Shown piece after piece: positions 10,145 to 19,901 of a DNA stretch of 64,000 nucleotides. The first letter of the stretch is position 1; each line of letters opens with the position of its first letter. The DNA is from an uncultured Fidelibacterota bacterium. GTDB lineage: Bacteria > Fidelibacterota > Marinisomatia > Marinisomatales > UBA8229. Below the pieces are notes generated by a model. It made no database searches, had not been told where the DNA came from, and saw only the letters and a list, made by a program, of their open reading frames with translations. The position numbers and the translations under genes were made by a program. The stretch is taken from assembly GCA_913041945.1 (NCBI GenBank), contig CAJWIT010000004.1, positions 568-64,567 on the forward strand. Reading direction: 5' to 3'.

Positions 10145-11911
10145 TTATGATTTAAGAATTTGCTGCATCAAATCACCATCAACATAATCATTATCAACAA
10201 TATTAACTAAGTAATATGTATCATATATTTCTTTTATGAGTTTATATGATTCAGATTTCACTTTGTATATTGAAGCCCAATCATTCATCCACAAACTGAA
10301 TGCCTCATCCTTCCAGATTAAAAATGACCGCGTATCTACAATAGTAGGTTGAATAATTTCCTTATCAGGGAAAACACCCCACGTCACAGCCATTGCATTA
10401 TTTTCTGGTAAGTTTGTAATTAAATCACCATTAATGTTAATGGCCTCATAGGAAATATTTTCTTTTGACCTTACGCTTTTTAGCAACCTGTCTAATTTAT
10501 CCTTCGATGTAAAAAATTCCAGATAAGCTTTTTGATAAATTCTTCCGCCGAGGCCACCCCATCCGACCTCAGTATCTTCTGATGGTAAACCATTGATTTT
10601 AGGCTGAGAGTTTATAGTAAAATATCCCATCTTATTGAGATTAAGCAAATCATCAGAAATTTGTTTACTCTCTTGTGCAAGTGGCATCTCACACCATGGC
10701 AAACTATTTATCTTTCCTTTACAGAATGACACAAATACATCCGTTATATCTTTGATAGATTTTGGTTCTCCCCATATCTTTTTTCTTTTGGCTCTAATTT
10801 TGTCACTCTTAGAACCTGCTCTTATAGCATGGTACTGGTTGAGTTCACCAAAAGTTGGACTCTCTATATCACCCCATCGACCATTAGGAAAATCATCCCA
10901 GATTTCTGTACGCGTTAAATAGCTTACAGGTCTATTACTCCAATATATTGGGCGTACATCTTCACTTGTTTTTCTATCATCTGATGTTGATTGCCGCCAC
11001 GGCAATTCTTTTATGGTACCTGGGGATGAAACAAAACCAAGCGACTTTAATATTGCTGAAACAGAATGTTCCAGATTCAGTGTATAAAAATGTAAACCAG
11101 GCACACCATTTTCAATTAGTTTTTGACACATTGCCGTCGCCTGATCAATGCCATAATTAATCACACTGGAATCATCATACTTTATAGGTTCCAATTGGGC
11201 AGTGACGGAGTCAGGAATACTAACCTGACAAAATTGAGTAAATTTTATAAACCTGGCATAGTTATGTATAGGCATGATCCCGGGGATTATTGGTACTTTT
11301 ATACCTGCTTTAATACATTTATCTCTAAAGAAAAGAAATTTATCAACATCATAAAATAGTTGTGTCACTACAATGTCCGATCCTGCATCTACTTTTTCCT
11401 TTAGAAAAGATATATCAGCATCAAGATCACTTTGTTCATGATGGCATTCTGGGTAACCGCCAACACCTAAGCAAAAGTGGTTCCCAAACTCTTTTCTAAT
11501 ATATCGGACAAGATCAACGCTATAGCGAAATCCATCTTCATGCTGATCCCAAGTAGAGGATCCTTCTGGAGGATCTCCTCTTAGAGCTAATATATTGGAT
11601 AGACCATTTTTTTCCGCTTCTATAAGTACCTTTTTGATTGATGACACTTGCATATTTGTACAGGTAAGATGCATCATAACTTCCAAACCAAAATATTTAT
11701 TAATTGTTTTACTTATTTCCAGAGTTTTATCAGCGGTGACCCCTCCTGCGCCCCAAGTAATATCGATATAGGCTGGATGAAAGGATGCCATCCTATCAAT
11801 CCTACTATATAGGTTATCCAGCCCAAAATCTGTTTTTGGTGGAAAAAACTCAAAACTGTAAAACGTTTTGCCTTGGGTTTTATAATTAGCTATTTTTTCT
11901 GATATTTTCAT
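10145..11911 (-). CDS. metF: Methylenetetrahydrofolate reductase, long two-domain (eukaryote-type) form with a C-terminal regulatory domain
   Basis: 588 aa. The N-terminal half has FSFEFFPPKT...TWGAGG...HLTCTN. The C-terminal half contains VRPIYWSNRPVSYLTRTEIWDDFPNGRWGDIESPTFGELNQYH. As I recall it, the human MTHFR regulatory-domain segment [39 protein letters not shown] is nearly collinear with this. Confidence 0.92.
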   Translation of the reverse strand: MKISEKIANYKTQGKTFYSFEFFPPKTDFGLDNLYSRIDRMASFHPAYIDITWGAGGVTADKTLEISKTINKYFGLEVMMHLTCTNMQVSSIKKVLIEAEKNGLSNILALRGDPPEGSSTWDQHEDGFRYSVDLVRYIRKEFGNHFCLGVGGYPECHHEQSDLDADISFLKEKVDAGSDIVVTQLFYDVDKFLFFRDKCIKAGIKVPIIPGIMPIHNYARFIKFTQFCQVSIPDSVTAQLEPIKYDDSSVINYGIDQATAMCQKLIENGVPGLHFYTLNLEHSVSAILKSLGFVSSPGTIKELPWRQSTSDDRKTSEDVRPIYWSNRPVSYLTRTEIWDDFPNGRWGDIESPTFGELNQYHAIRAGSKSDKIRAKRKKIWGEPKSIKDITDVFVSFCKGKINSLPWCEMPLAQESKQISDDLLNLNKMGYFTINSQPKINGLPSEDTEVGWGGLGGRIYQKAYLEFFTSKDKLDRLLKSVRSKENISYEAININGDLITNLPENNAMAVTWGVFPDKEIIQPTIVDTRSFLIWKDEAFSLWMNDWASIYKVKSESYKLIKEIYDTYYLVNIVDNDYVDGDLMQQILKS

Positions 11912-11963
11912 TTAGTCAATCTTACAATATTAACACTGTAAACTTTCCTTAACCATCTATTTA

Positions 11964-12623
11964 TCACGCTAACTGCTCATTTGCTCGGTTTATTAGTGAA
12001 ATTAAAAAGGGGTTTTCTTTCATCTCATCCTCAAGGGTTGTGATCGGTCCATGACCGGAATGGATAGTATAACTTGGGTCGATATTCTCCATTAATTTCA
12101 TTAAAGAGGATTCTAAAACCTGCCAACTTCCACCAGGAAGATCAGTCCTGCCTACCGAACCTTTAAATAAAGTATCACCTGCAAACACCTGATCTTCAAT
12201 GATAAAGGTTGTTCCTCCTGGTGTGTGTCCGGGTGTAAACAATAAATTGATAGTGACATTCCCAAACGAAATTGATTTTTCATCTTTATACCAATGATCA
12301 ACATGAGGGGATCTGCCTGAAGCTAAACCAAAAGTCCTGCATGATTCTTCAAATGTATCTAAAATCATTTTTTCATCCTGATGAAGATAAAATGGGATTC
12401 GATATTTATCCTGAATTGCTTTTACTGCACCTATATGATCCATATGAGCATGAGTGTTGATTATGCCTAACGGTTTAAGTTCAGAAACGTTTATTTGATG
12501 CATAATCCTATCAGCATCATCTCCAGGGTCTATAAAAATTGCTTCCCGGGATTCAGGATGAAAAACAATAAAAGTATTTTCCTGAAATGGCCCTGTAATT
12601 ACTGTTGATACTTGAATACTCAA
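11964..12623 (-). CDS. MBL-fold metallo-hydrolase (hydroxyacylglutathione hydrolase-like)
   Basis: 219 aa with the HxHxDH motif (INTHAHMDHIG), downstream TPGHTPGG and GDTLF...GR.D. Confidence 0.8.
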   Translation of the reverse strand: MSIQVSTVITGPFQENTFIVFHPESREAIFIDPGDDADRIMHQINVSELKPLGIINTHAHMDHIGAVKAIQDKYRIPFYLHQDEKMILDTFEESCRTFGLASGRSPHVDHWYKDEKSISFGNVTINLLFTPGHTPGGTTFIIEDQVFAGDTLFKGSVGRTDLPGGSWQVLESSLMKLMENIDPSYTIHSGHGPITTLEDEMKENPFLISLINRANEQLA

Positions 12624-12745
12624 ATGTCAGAAATCCAGCGGTTTTTGGGAAACAATATCATCCAGATACCTTTTGCATTTTTAAGTGTTTAATTACTTTC
12701 ATGATTTTTCCTGATTGTTAATTTCTATTTCCTAATAGTAAAATT

Positions 12746-15700
12746 CTAATATCCAAGATGAGGTGCCAGCCACTTTTCAACAGCTTTGACTTTCATTCCT
12801 TTTCTCCTGGCATAATCTGTCACTTGCCCCCGGCTTATCCGCCCAAGGCCAAAATAAGTGGAGTCCGGATGAGAAAAATACCACCCGCTTACTGAAGCAG
12901 CGGGGATCATTGCATAGTTCTCTGTCAAAGTAATTCCCGTATGCCTTTCCACATCTAATAAATCCCACAAATTTGATTTTTCAGTATGATCCGGGCAGGA
13001 AGGATATCCCGGCGCAGGTCGAATTCCCCTGTATTTTTCACGAATCAAACTTTCATTGTCCATTACCTCATCCTTGGCGTATCCCCAAAATTCTTTCCGT
13101 ACACGCTCATGCATCCGCTCTGCAAATGCTTCAGCAAACCTGTCTGCCAGAGCTTTAAGAAGAATTTTTTTGTAATCATCCTCATCTTTTTCAAACCTTT
13201 TTGAGAGAGTATCTACTCCATATCCAACGGTCACTGAAAAGGCTCCAATCCAATCCTTAAGTCCGGATTCCTCCGGCGCAACATAATCAGCCAAACAGCG
13301 ATTGGGTTGTCCGTGAGATTTAGATATTTGCTGCCGAAGATGGTGAATCACACTTCCCTCCTGTTGTCTCCCCTCATCTCTAAAAATACGAATATCATCT
13401 CCAACACCCACCGCTGGGAAAAATCCAATCACCCCTTTTGCTGTGAGGAGGTTATCAGACACAATCTGTTTAAGGAGCTTCAAAGCATCTTCATAAAGCA
13501 CCTCTGCCTGGTGACCCACTTTTTCATCTTTCAAAATTTTAGGATATTTCCCCTTCAATTCCCATACGGTAAAAAAGGGAGTCCAGTCAAAATAATTTGT
13601 TAATTCATCCAAATCATAATTGTCAAAAACACGAATTCCATTCAATTCGGGTTCAGGAGGTATATAATTTTTCCAGTCAGGGCAGAACTTCCTTTCCCTT
13701 GCCTCAGACAGAGAAATCAAGTTACGCGCATTCCTGCTTTTCTCATGCATCCTCCGAATTTGGGAATATTCCTTACTTATCCCAGAAATAAATTCTTCCT
13801 TTTGTTTTTCATTCAGCAAGGATTGAACCGTACCTACGCTTCGGGAAGCATCCGCTACATGGACTGTGGGACCTGAATACTGCTGTGAAATTTTCACAGC
13901 GGTGTGTTTTTTCGAGGTTGTAGCTCCTCCAATAAGAAGGGGTATGGAAAGATTTTCCCTTTCCAATTCTCCCGCCATATAAATCATTTCTTCCAATGAA
14001 GGAGTAATCAACCCGCTGAGACCGATAATATCTACTTCATTATCTCTTGCAGTATTGATAATTTTATCCGGTGGAACCATGACTCCCAAATCAATAACTT
14101 TATACCCGTTGCATCCCAGAATGACTCCTACAATATTTTTCCCAATATCGTGCACATCCCCTTTCACTGTTGCCATTAAGATTTTTTTCTGTGATTTTTT
14201 CTTCCCGGATTGTTCCTTGTCGATAAAAGGGACAAGATACGCTACAGCTTTTTTCATAACCCTTGCACTTTTTACAACCTGAGGAAGAAACATTTTTCCT
14301 GCCCCAAAGAGATCGCCTACACGATTCATTCCATCCATAAGCGGACCTTCAATAACTTCAATTGGGTACCTGAACATTTTTCGCGCTTCCTCAATATCTT
14401 CCACAATAAAATCCGTAACTCCTTCCACTAGAGCATGTTCAATTCTTTTCTCAACAGCGCTCGTTCTCCAAGCGTTATCTTGAGTTGATTTTTGTTCAAC
14501 CTTCTTGAACGATTTCGCTATTTCTAATAAACGTTCGATAGCATCATCCCTACGATTAAAAAGAACATCCTCTACCCGTTGAAGGATGTCCGGACTGAGG
14601 TCATCATACACTGCTAATTGGCCAGCATTGATAATCCCCATATCCATCCCTGCCTGGATGGCGTGATAAAGAAATACAGAATGCATCGCTTCTCGGACAG
14701 CATTATTCCCTCGAAATGAAAAGGACAAATTACTCACTCCCCCGCTGATGTGAACACCGGGGCAGGAATTCCTAATCTGCCTGGTAGCTTCTATATAGTT
14801 AATGGCATATTCATTGTGTGCTTCGATTCCTGTGGCAACAGCAAAAATATTCGGGTCAAAAATAATATCTTCCGGGGAAAAACCTGTTGTTTCGGTAAGA
14901 AGTGTATACGCCCGCTGACAAATAGACACTTTCCGTTCTATCGTATCTGCCTGACCTTCCTCATCTAATGCCATTACAATGACAGCAGCGCCATAACGCA
15001 AAATCTTTTTGGCTTGTTCCAGAAATTTTTCTTCTCCTTCTTTTAAGCTGATGGAATTCACTACACCCTTGCCCTGGATATTCTTCAATCCGGTCTCAAT
15101 AACAGACCATTTTGAGGAATCAATTACAATCGGTATCCTGCTGATATCAGGTTCAGAAGCAATCAAACGAAGAAATTTTTCCATAGCTATTTCAGATTCC
15201 AAAAGACCTTCATCCATATTCACATCAATCAGCTGGGCACCGTTTTCAATCTGTTGACGGGCAACAGATAAAGCTTCCTCATACCGGTCTTCCTTAATCA
15301 GCCGACGAAAACGAGCCGATCCGGAAACATTGGTTCGTTCACCAATATTCACAAAATTTGAATCAGACCGAATTGTAAATGGTTCAAGTCCACTTAACCG
15401 TGTGAATGGGGCTATTTCCGGAATTTTTCGTGGAGAAAGATCACTTACAGCATCAGCAATAGCTGATATATGATCTGGTATGGTCCCACAGCAACCACCC
15501 ACAATATTCAATAGGCCCTCTTCTGCAAATTCCCTGATGAGACCTGCCATAAATTCCGGACTGTCATTGTATTCTCCAAATTCATCGGGAAGCCCCGCAT
15601 TGGGATGGACAGATACTAAGGTGTCCGCTATTCGTGAAATATCTTGAAGATGAGGACGAATCTGTTGAGCACCCAAAGCACAATTCAAACCTACACTTAA

Positions 15701-16408
15701 CAGATTCCCGTGGCGAATAGAAATCCAGAATGCCTCTGGAGTCTGTCCAGAAAGCGTTCTCCCACTGGCATCGGTAATGGTCCCGGAAACTAAAACGGGA
15801 ATTGGCTTGCGGGATTCTTCAATGATTTCCTGGACAGCTGCCAAAGCAGCTTTACAGTTGAGAGTATCAAAAACGGTCTCCACCATCAATAAATCCACAC
15901 CACCCTCAAGAAGAGCTTCAGCCTGTTCATGGTAGGCGGAAAATAACTCATCAAAAGTAATATTGCGAAAACCCGGATCATTTACATCCGGAGAAAGGGA
16001 AGCTGTCCGATTTGTGGGGCCTAAAACACCACAGACAAACCTTGGTTTTTCCGGTTCCTTTTTAGAGAATTTATCGGCCACCTGGCGACCAATTCGGGCT
16101 GCAGCAAGATTTATATCCCTCACAGCTTCTTCCATCCGATAATCACTTTGAGATATTCTGTTCCCATTAAATGTATTGGTCTCAATGATATCTGCACCTG
16201 CTTCAAAATATGCTCTGTGAATACCTTCAATGACTTCTGGACATGTTAACGATAATAAATCATGGTTTCCTTTCAAATCCACCGAGTGGTTTTGAAATAG
16301 ATCTCCTCTGTAATCCTCTTCTCCAAGAGAATGATTTTGAATCATCGTTCCCATGGCGCCATCCAGAATGACAATTCGCTGTTTCAGTATTTCTCGTAAC
16401 TTTTCCAT
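12746..16408 (-). CDS. metH: Cobalamin-dependent methionine synthase
   Basis: All modules are recognisable: Hcy-binding ([17 protein letters not shown]), pterin-binding, B12-binding ([11 protein letters not shown]) and the AdoMet activation domain. I place the start at ATG 16408 ([21 protein letters not shown]). The track's extra 26 codons begin at a TTG and read through a terminator hairpin. Confidence 0.95.
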   Translation of the reverse strand: MEKLREILKQRIVILDGAMGTMIQNHSLGEEDYRGDLFQNHSVDLKGNHDLLSLTCPEVIEGIHRAYFEAGADIIETNTFNGNRISQSDYRMEEAVRDINLAAARIGRQVADKFSKKEPEKPRFVCGVLGPTNRTASLSPDVNDPGFRNITFDELFSAYHEQAEALLEGGVDLLMVETVFDTLNCKAALAAVQEIIEESRKPIPVLVSGTITDASGRTLSGQTPEAFWISIRHGNLLSVGLNCALGAQQIRPHLQDISRIADTLVSVHPNAGLPDEFGEYNDSPEFMAGLIREFAEEGLLNIVGGCCGTIPDHISAIADAVSDLSPRKIPEIAPFTRLSGLEPFTIRSDSNFVNIGERTNVSGSARFRRLIKEDRYEEALSVARQQIENGAQLIDVNMDEGLLESEIAMEKFLRLIASEPDISRIPIVIDSSKWSVIETGLKNIQGKGVVNSISLKEGEEKFLEQAKKILRYGAAVIVMALDEEGQADTIERKVSICQRAYTLLTETTGFSPEDIIFDPNIFAVATGIEAHNEYAINYIEATRQIRNSCPGVHISGGVSNLSFSFRGNNAVREAMHSVFLYHAIQAGMDMGIINAGQLAVYDDLSPDILQRVEDVLFNRRDDAIERLLEIAKSFKKVEQKSTQDNAWRTSAVEKRIEHALVEGVTDFIVEDIEEARKMFRYPIEVIEGPLMDGMNRVGDLFGAGKMFLPQVVKSARVMKKAVAYLVPFIDKEQSGKKKSQKKILMATVKGDVHDIGKNIVGVILGCNGYKVIDLGVMVPPDKIINTARDNEVDIIGLSGLITPSLEEMIYMAGELERENLSIPLLIGGATTSKKHTAVKISQQYSGPTVHVADASRSVGTVQSLLNEKQKEEFISGISKEYSQIRRMHEKSRNARNLISLSEARERKFCPDWKNYIPPEPELNGIRVFDNYDLDELTNYFDWTPFFTVWELKGKYPKILKDEKVGHQAEVLYEDALKLLKQIVSDNLLTAKGVIGFFPAVGVGDDIRIFRDEGRQQEGSVIHHLRQQISKSHGQPNRCLADYVAPEESGLKDWIGAFSVTVGYGVDTLSKRFEKDEDDYKKILLKALADRFAEAFAERMHERVRKEFWGYAKDEVMDNESLIREKYRGIRPAPGYPSCPDHTEKSNLWDLLDVERHTGITLTENYAMIPAASVSGWYFSHPDSTYFGLGRISRGQVTDYARRKGMKVKAVEKWLAPHLGY

Positions 16409-16437
16409 AATAAAAAAGCCGGCACTTGTCCGGCTTT
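16409..16437 (-). terminator. Intrinsic-terminator-type hairpin 3 nt upstream of the metH ATG (candidate attenuator or expression platform)
   Basis: Minus strand AAAGCCGG-acaagtg-CCGGCTTT followed by TTTATT then ATG. The stem is 8 bp (5 GC pairs) and runs into a 6-T run. Confidence 0.55.
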
Positions 16438-16497
16438 GGTACACCTTTTTAGCACCTTTATTTATAGTCGCTGCAATATGGTTCAAATCACGACTAG

Positions 16498-16526
16498 TAT
16501 ATATTAGGACATTTACTCTTTTACAA
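16498..16526 (-). promoter_or_regulatory. Candidate sigma70-type promoter for metH
   Basis: Minus strand TTGTAA (16521-16526), a 17-nt spacer, then TATATA (16498-16503). It would give a leader of about 80 nt ending in the attenuator hairpin. Confidence 0.3.
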
Positions 16527-16566
16527 CAACTCTTTTTTCATTTTTTCAACTTTCCAGAAATATTAG

Positions 16567-16596
16567 AAAAAATTCGATAGATCACCTTCTGCTATC
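16567..16596 (-). terminator. Weak candidate terminator downstream of hpf
   Basis: Minus strand GATAG-cagaaggtgat-CTATC followed by GAATTTTTT. Only a 5-bp stem. Confidence 0.25.
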
Positions 16597-16658
16597 CAAC
16601 CTGCAATAGTTAATCCTTATAAGTCAGCACCTTCCAGAATGACATTGTTTTCAATAAA

Positions 16659-16946
16659 TTAGATTCCGTTTCGTTTCTCTTTGAATTTGGAAATCCGGCC
16701 TGCCATTTTAGATACAGCCCCGTCTATGGATTTGGTAGCATTATCCGTGGTTTCTTTTACATTTATTCTTCGTTTCGGGATGGAAAGATTGATTTCAGTG
16801 GTGTATTGATTATTTTCATGAGATAAAATCACCTGACACTGAATTATCCGCTTAAAATATCGTTTTAACCTCTGGACTTCATTCTCTGTATACATCCTGA
16901 GATTATCTGGTGCATGAAAGTGCCGGGCTGTAAACTCGATATTCAT
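16659..16946 (-). CDS. hpf: Ribosome hibernation promoting factor / RaiA family (short form)
   Basis: 95 aa. MNIEFTARHFHAPDNLRMYTENEVQRLKRYF...INLSI matches the sigma54-modulation/YfiA fold pattern. Confidence 0.85.
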   Translation of the reverse strand: MNIEFTARHFHAPDNLRMYTENEVQRLKRYFKRIIQCQVILSHENNQYTTEINLSIPKRRINVKETTDNATKSIDGAVSKMAGRISKFKEKRNGI

Positions 16947-17153
16947 ATGACTCCTTATTGTTAGGTTAATCTTTTAAAGTTGGAACTCCTTGTTTGACTG
17001 ATTCATCTCCGGTATCGTCCCCAGTAAAAGTATTGTGGAATTTTTCCACCAAGTTGGATACAGCTTGATGGTAATCTTTAGGGATAGGCATTCAATATTA
17101 ATGAGCCCAAGTGTATCCATCCCTAATTCTTTTGATGTGTATATATTTTCTCC

Positions 17154-18065
17154 TTACGATCCGTGGGGATGTGCTTGTTGATAAACTTTTTTCATTTTTT
17201 CCGGTTGAATATGGGTATAAATCTGTGTGCTTGAGAGGCTGCTGTGTCCCAATAATTCCTGCACAGCCCGGATATCTGCCCCTCGAGATAAGAGGTGGGT
17301 AGCAAATGAGTGCCTCAAGGTATGAGGTCCGAATCGTTCACCATCTGCTACCGTTTTCAAATACATTTTGATTCGTCTTTGTACAGTTCGAGGTGAAATT
17401 CGTTTTCCTTTTGAATTTATAAATAATGGCACAATGTCTTCTTTCTCAGATAATTGAATTCCACGAAATTCAAGGAATTTTTCTATAGAAAATTGGGCAC
17501 GTTTTCCATAAGGAATCAACCTTTCTTTGCCTCCTTTTCCGGTTACTTTTATTAATTGACTTTCGGTATGAAAATCATCCAGATTGATATTCACCAGTTC
17601 TCGAAGGCGCATTCCTGTGCTGTAAAAGAGTTCCAGCATCGCCCTGTCCCGCAATCCGATAAAGGAATCGCTGGCGGGCGCATCCATCAGTTTTTCTACC
17701 ATATCCTCGTTCACATAAACCGGAAGTGATTTTGGTGTTTTCGGTGTTTTTATATGAATGACAGGATTATCCTGAATTTCTTCAATCTTCAGTAAATATT
17801 TAAAAAAGGATTTTACAGATGCAAGGCGACGCGCTACTGTCTTGCTGGAATATCCCTCTTCAAACTCCTTTCCCAGAAAATGGCGAATTGCTATTTTATC
17901 CACATCACCAAAATCTGAAACTGGTGTACCAGAATATTCCTCGAAAAACTCAACAAACCGGTACAAGTCATATCCATAAGCATTTATGGTAAATTTCGAG
18001 TAATGGCGCTCTTTCTCTAGATAAGTAAGAAAATCAGAGATGATATCTTTGGTAAAGTCAGACAT
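17154..18065 (-). CDS. Tyrosine site-specific recombinase, XerC/XerD type
   Basis: 303 aa with an N-terminal SAM-like domain and catalytic HTLRHSFATHLL...LGHSSLSSTQIYTH. Housekeeping context; overlaps the rluD stop by 8 nt. Confidence 0.85.
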   Translation of the reverse strand: MSDFTKDIISDFLTYLEKERHYSKFTINAYGYDLYRFVEFFEEYSGTPVSDFGDVDKIAIRHFLGKEFEEGYSSKTVARRLASVKSFFKYLLKIEEIQDNPVIHIKTPKTPKSLPVYVNEDMVEKLMDAPASDSFIGLRDRAMLELFYSTGMRLRELVNINLDDFHTESQLIKVTGKGGKERLIPYGKRAQFSIEKFLEFRGIQLSEKEDIVPLFINSKGKRISPRTVQRRIKMYLKTVADGERFGPHTLRHSFATHLLSRGADIRAVQELLGHSSLSSTQIYTHIQPEKMKKVYQQAHPHGS

Positions 18066-19023
18066 TTAATTCCTTCATATCTTCGATTAAATTAGTAAAA
18101 TCCTCTGGAAGAGGTGCTTCAAACTGAAGTTGTTGTTCAGTGGTGGGGTGTATTATGGAAAGCTCATGAGCGTGCAGAGCCTGCCTGCTAATAGAATTCA
18201 GCATTGTTTTTAATTTTTTTGATATTTCCGGAAGAAATCCTTTAATCCGGTTTAATCCTCCATTGTATTTCTCATCGGAAAAAATAGGATTACCATGAAA
18301 AGCCGAATGGACACGAATCTGGTGTGTTCTTCCTGTTCGCGGAAAAAATCGTACAAGGCTCAGATATCGCGTTGCCTCAACCACTTCATAATCTGTACGT
18401 GCCAACCTTCCACTGGTTGAAACTGTAAAGGATGTGGGATCTGATCGTTTTCGGGAAATTGGTTCTTCGATCTTTCCTGAAATAGGTTTCCACTCTCCCC
18501 AGGTTATTCCCATATACTTTTTTACCACGCTACGGGTTTCAAACTGGTTTGCCAAGTGTAAATGAGCAGAATTTGTCTTGGCAACAAGGATCAATCCTGA
18601 AGTGTCCTTATCCAATCTGTGGACAATTCCAGGCCTGATTGAACCAGAAATATTTGACAGTGACTTAAAATAATACACAAGGCCATTCACAAGAGTTCCA
18701 TCTTTGATACCCGCGCCAGGATGTACAACTAATCCTGCTGGTTTATCAAGTACCAAAATGACATCATCTTCAAACAAAATTTTGAGGGGGATATTCTCCG
18801 GTTTCAGAATTTCCGGAACTGGATTTTCATCAAGTAGTTCTACCTTAATATTTTCTCCCCCAAAGAGGCGAAATCCAGGTTTTCTGATAGTCCCATTAAC
18901 CAGTACGAATCCCATCTTAATGAGCTTTTGAATATGGGTCCGGGAAAAATCTTGAAGTTCTGAGGAGAGATATTGGTCGAGACGAATATTTTCGTTCTCA
19001 GGGATGAACTGAACGGTGGTCAA
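18058..19023 (-). CDS. rluD: RluA-family 23S rRNA pseudouridine synthase (RluD-like)
   Basis: S4 domain (IRLDQYLS...SRTHIQKLIKMGFVLVNG) and catalytic HRLDKDTSGL. I place the start at TTG 19023, which overlaps the lspA TGA (TTGA). The longer track ORF (to 19131) would overlap lspA by 112 nt. Confidence 0.8.
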   Translation of the reverse strand: MTTVQFIPENENIRLDQYLSSELQDFSRTHIQKLIKMGFVLVNGTIRKPGFRLFGGENIKVELLDENPVPEILKPENIPLKILFEDDVILVLDKPAGLVVHPGAGIKDGTLVNGLVYYFKSLSNISGSIRPGIVHRLDKDTSGLILVAKTNSAHLHLANQFETRSVVKKYMGITWGEWKPISGKIEEPISRKRSDPTSFTVSTSGRLARTDYEVVEATRYLSLVRFFPRTGRTHQIRVHSAFHGNPIFSDEKYNGGLNRIKGFLPEISKKLKTMLNSISRQALHAHELSIIHPTTEQQLQFEAPLPEDFTNLIEDMKELNV

Positions 19024-19499
19024 ACGATGCTGTGTGTTGGCTGAACCTTTGGCTTGAACAAAAAAGAATAAAAGAGCATTGAAATAATTCCCACAGTGAC
19101 TGCTGAGTCCGCGATATTGAAAATGTACCAATGAAAATCACCAATCATGAAATCAAAGAAATCAACTACTTCACCAAATAGAATTCGATCAATCAAATTT
19201 CCGATTGCTCCTCCTAAAATCAAAGCAAGTGAAATCCTCATCAGAAGATTATTTTTTCTTTCACACCATAAGATCCATACCAAAAAACAGGTTATTATTA
19301 GGGAGATTCCAGAAAAAAAAGAGATACCAACAGGTAAATTTATTCCGAATGCCATTCCTTTGTTGGTGATATAAGTCAGCTGAAAAAATCCCGGGATTAC
19401 GGGGATAACATCGTAGAGTGCCATCGTGCTCTTAACAAGTGATTTTGAAATTTGATCCGCAGTTATAATAAGTGCAGTTATAAATAACACCCCCATCAA
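19020..19499 (-). CDS. lspA: Lipoprotein signal peptidase II
   Basis: 159 aa with NKGMAFG, GGAIGNLIDR and FNIADSAV motifs. Confidence 0.9.
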   Translation of the reverse strand: MMGVLFITALIITADQISKSLVKSTMALYDVIPVIPGFFQLTYITNKGMAFGINLPVGISFFSGISLIITCFLVWILWCERKNNLLMRISLALILGGAIGNLIDRILFGEVVDFFDFMIGDFHWYIFNIADSAVTVGIISMLFYSFLFKPKVQPTHSIV

Positions 19500-19891
19500 A
19501 GATTCAATTTATCCCTTGTTTTACAATCTACACATTTTGTTGCATTTAACACTTCCATCATTCGTTCTTCCGGGATCAACTCTCCACAAATCTGACAGAC
19601 ACCAAATACTTCGGAATCAATTCTTTCAAGCGCATTTTCAAGGTTTCGGTAATAACTGTCTTCCCGCGAAAGGAATAAAAAACTCTTCTCCCGTTCATGT
19701 GAATCCGTTCCGGCATCAGCCATATGAACACTGTAAATTGAATCCGGTGACATATTCGCCTTCGATGTATCTGTATTTAAAACACCATTCTTCATTTCGC
19801 CCATTTCCTTAGAAATATTTTCCATTTTATCTAGAATGGTTTTTCTGAATTTCTTGAGTTTTGTTTTAGGATATTTTATTTTTTTAGTCAT
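19496..19891 (-). CDS. DksA/TraR-family C4 zinc-finger protein
   Basis: 131 aa with C-terminal CQICGELIPEERMMEVLNATKCVDCK. ATGA overlap with lspA. Confidence 0.8.
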   Translation of the reverse strand: MTKKIKYPKTKLKKFRKTILDKMENISKEMGEMKNGVLNTDTSKANMSPDSIYSVHMADAGTDSHEREKSFLFLSREDSYYRNLENALERIDSEVFGVCQICGELIPEERMMEVLNATKCVDCKTRDKLNL

Positions 19892-19901
19892 TTATTTCCT
19901 C

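Noticed and set aside
16409-16486. 26-codon N-terminal extension of metH in the ORF track ([26 protein letters not shown]...)
   Set aside because: It begins at a TTG, has no counterpart in MetH N-termini (which start close to ...ILDGAMGT) and would translate through a canonical terminator hairpin. ATG 16408 is the better start.
16409-16658. Assignment of the metH leader to SAM-I (S-box) or cobalamin riboswitch classes
   Set aside because: Fragments such as AAGGTGCTAAA and GGAAGGTGCTGAC recall S-box or B12 elements. The other conserved blocks I remember (GAGGGA...GGCCC...GCAACC, or a GCCACTG B12 box) are absent. I leave the class unassigned.
16975-17091. 38-aa minus-strand ORF (MPIPKDYHQAVSNLVEKFHNTFTGDDTGDESVKQGVPL) between the recombinase gene and hpf
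   Set aside because: It is an in-frame ATG-to-stop ORF with no Shine-Dalgarno and no recognisable family. There is too little evidence to call it a gene.
17154-18065. The tyrosine recombinase as the integron integrase or as a marker of a mobile element
   Set aside because: At 303 aa it has the canonical XerC/D layout. It is embedded by overlap in a housekeeping operon (rluD upstream, hpf downstream), lies 20 kb from the attC-like sites, and has no flanking repeats. I see no evidence for the IntI-specific insertion.
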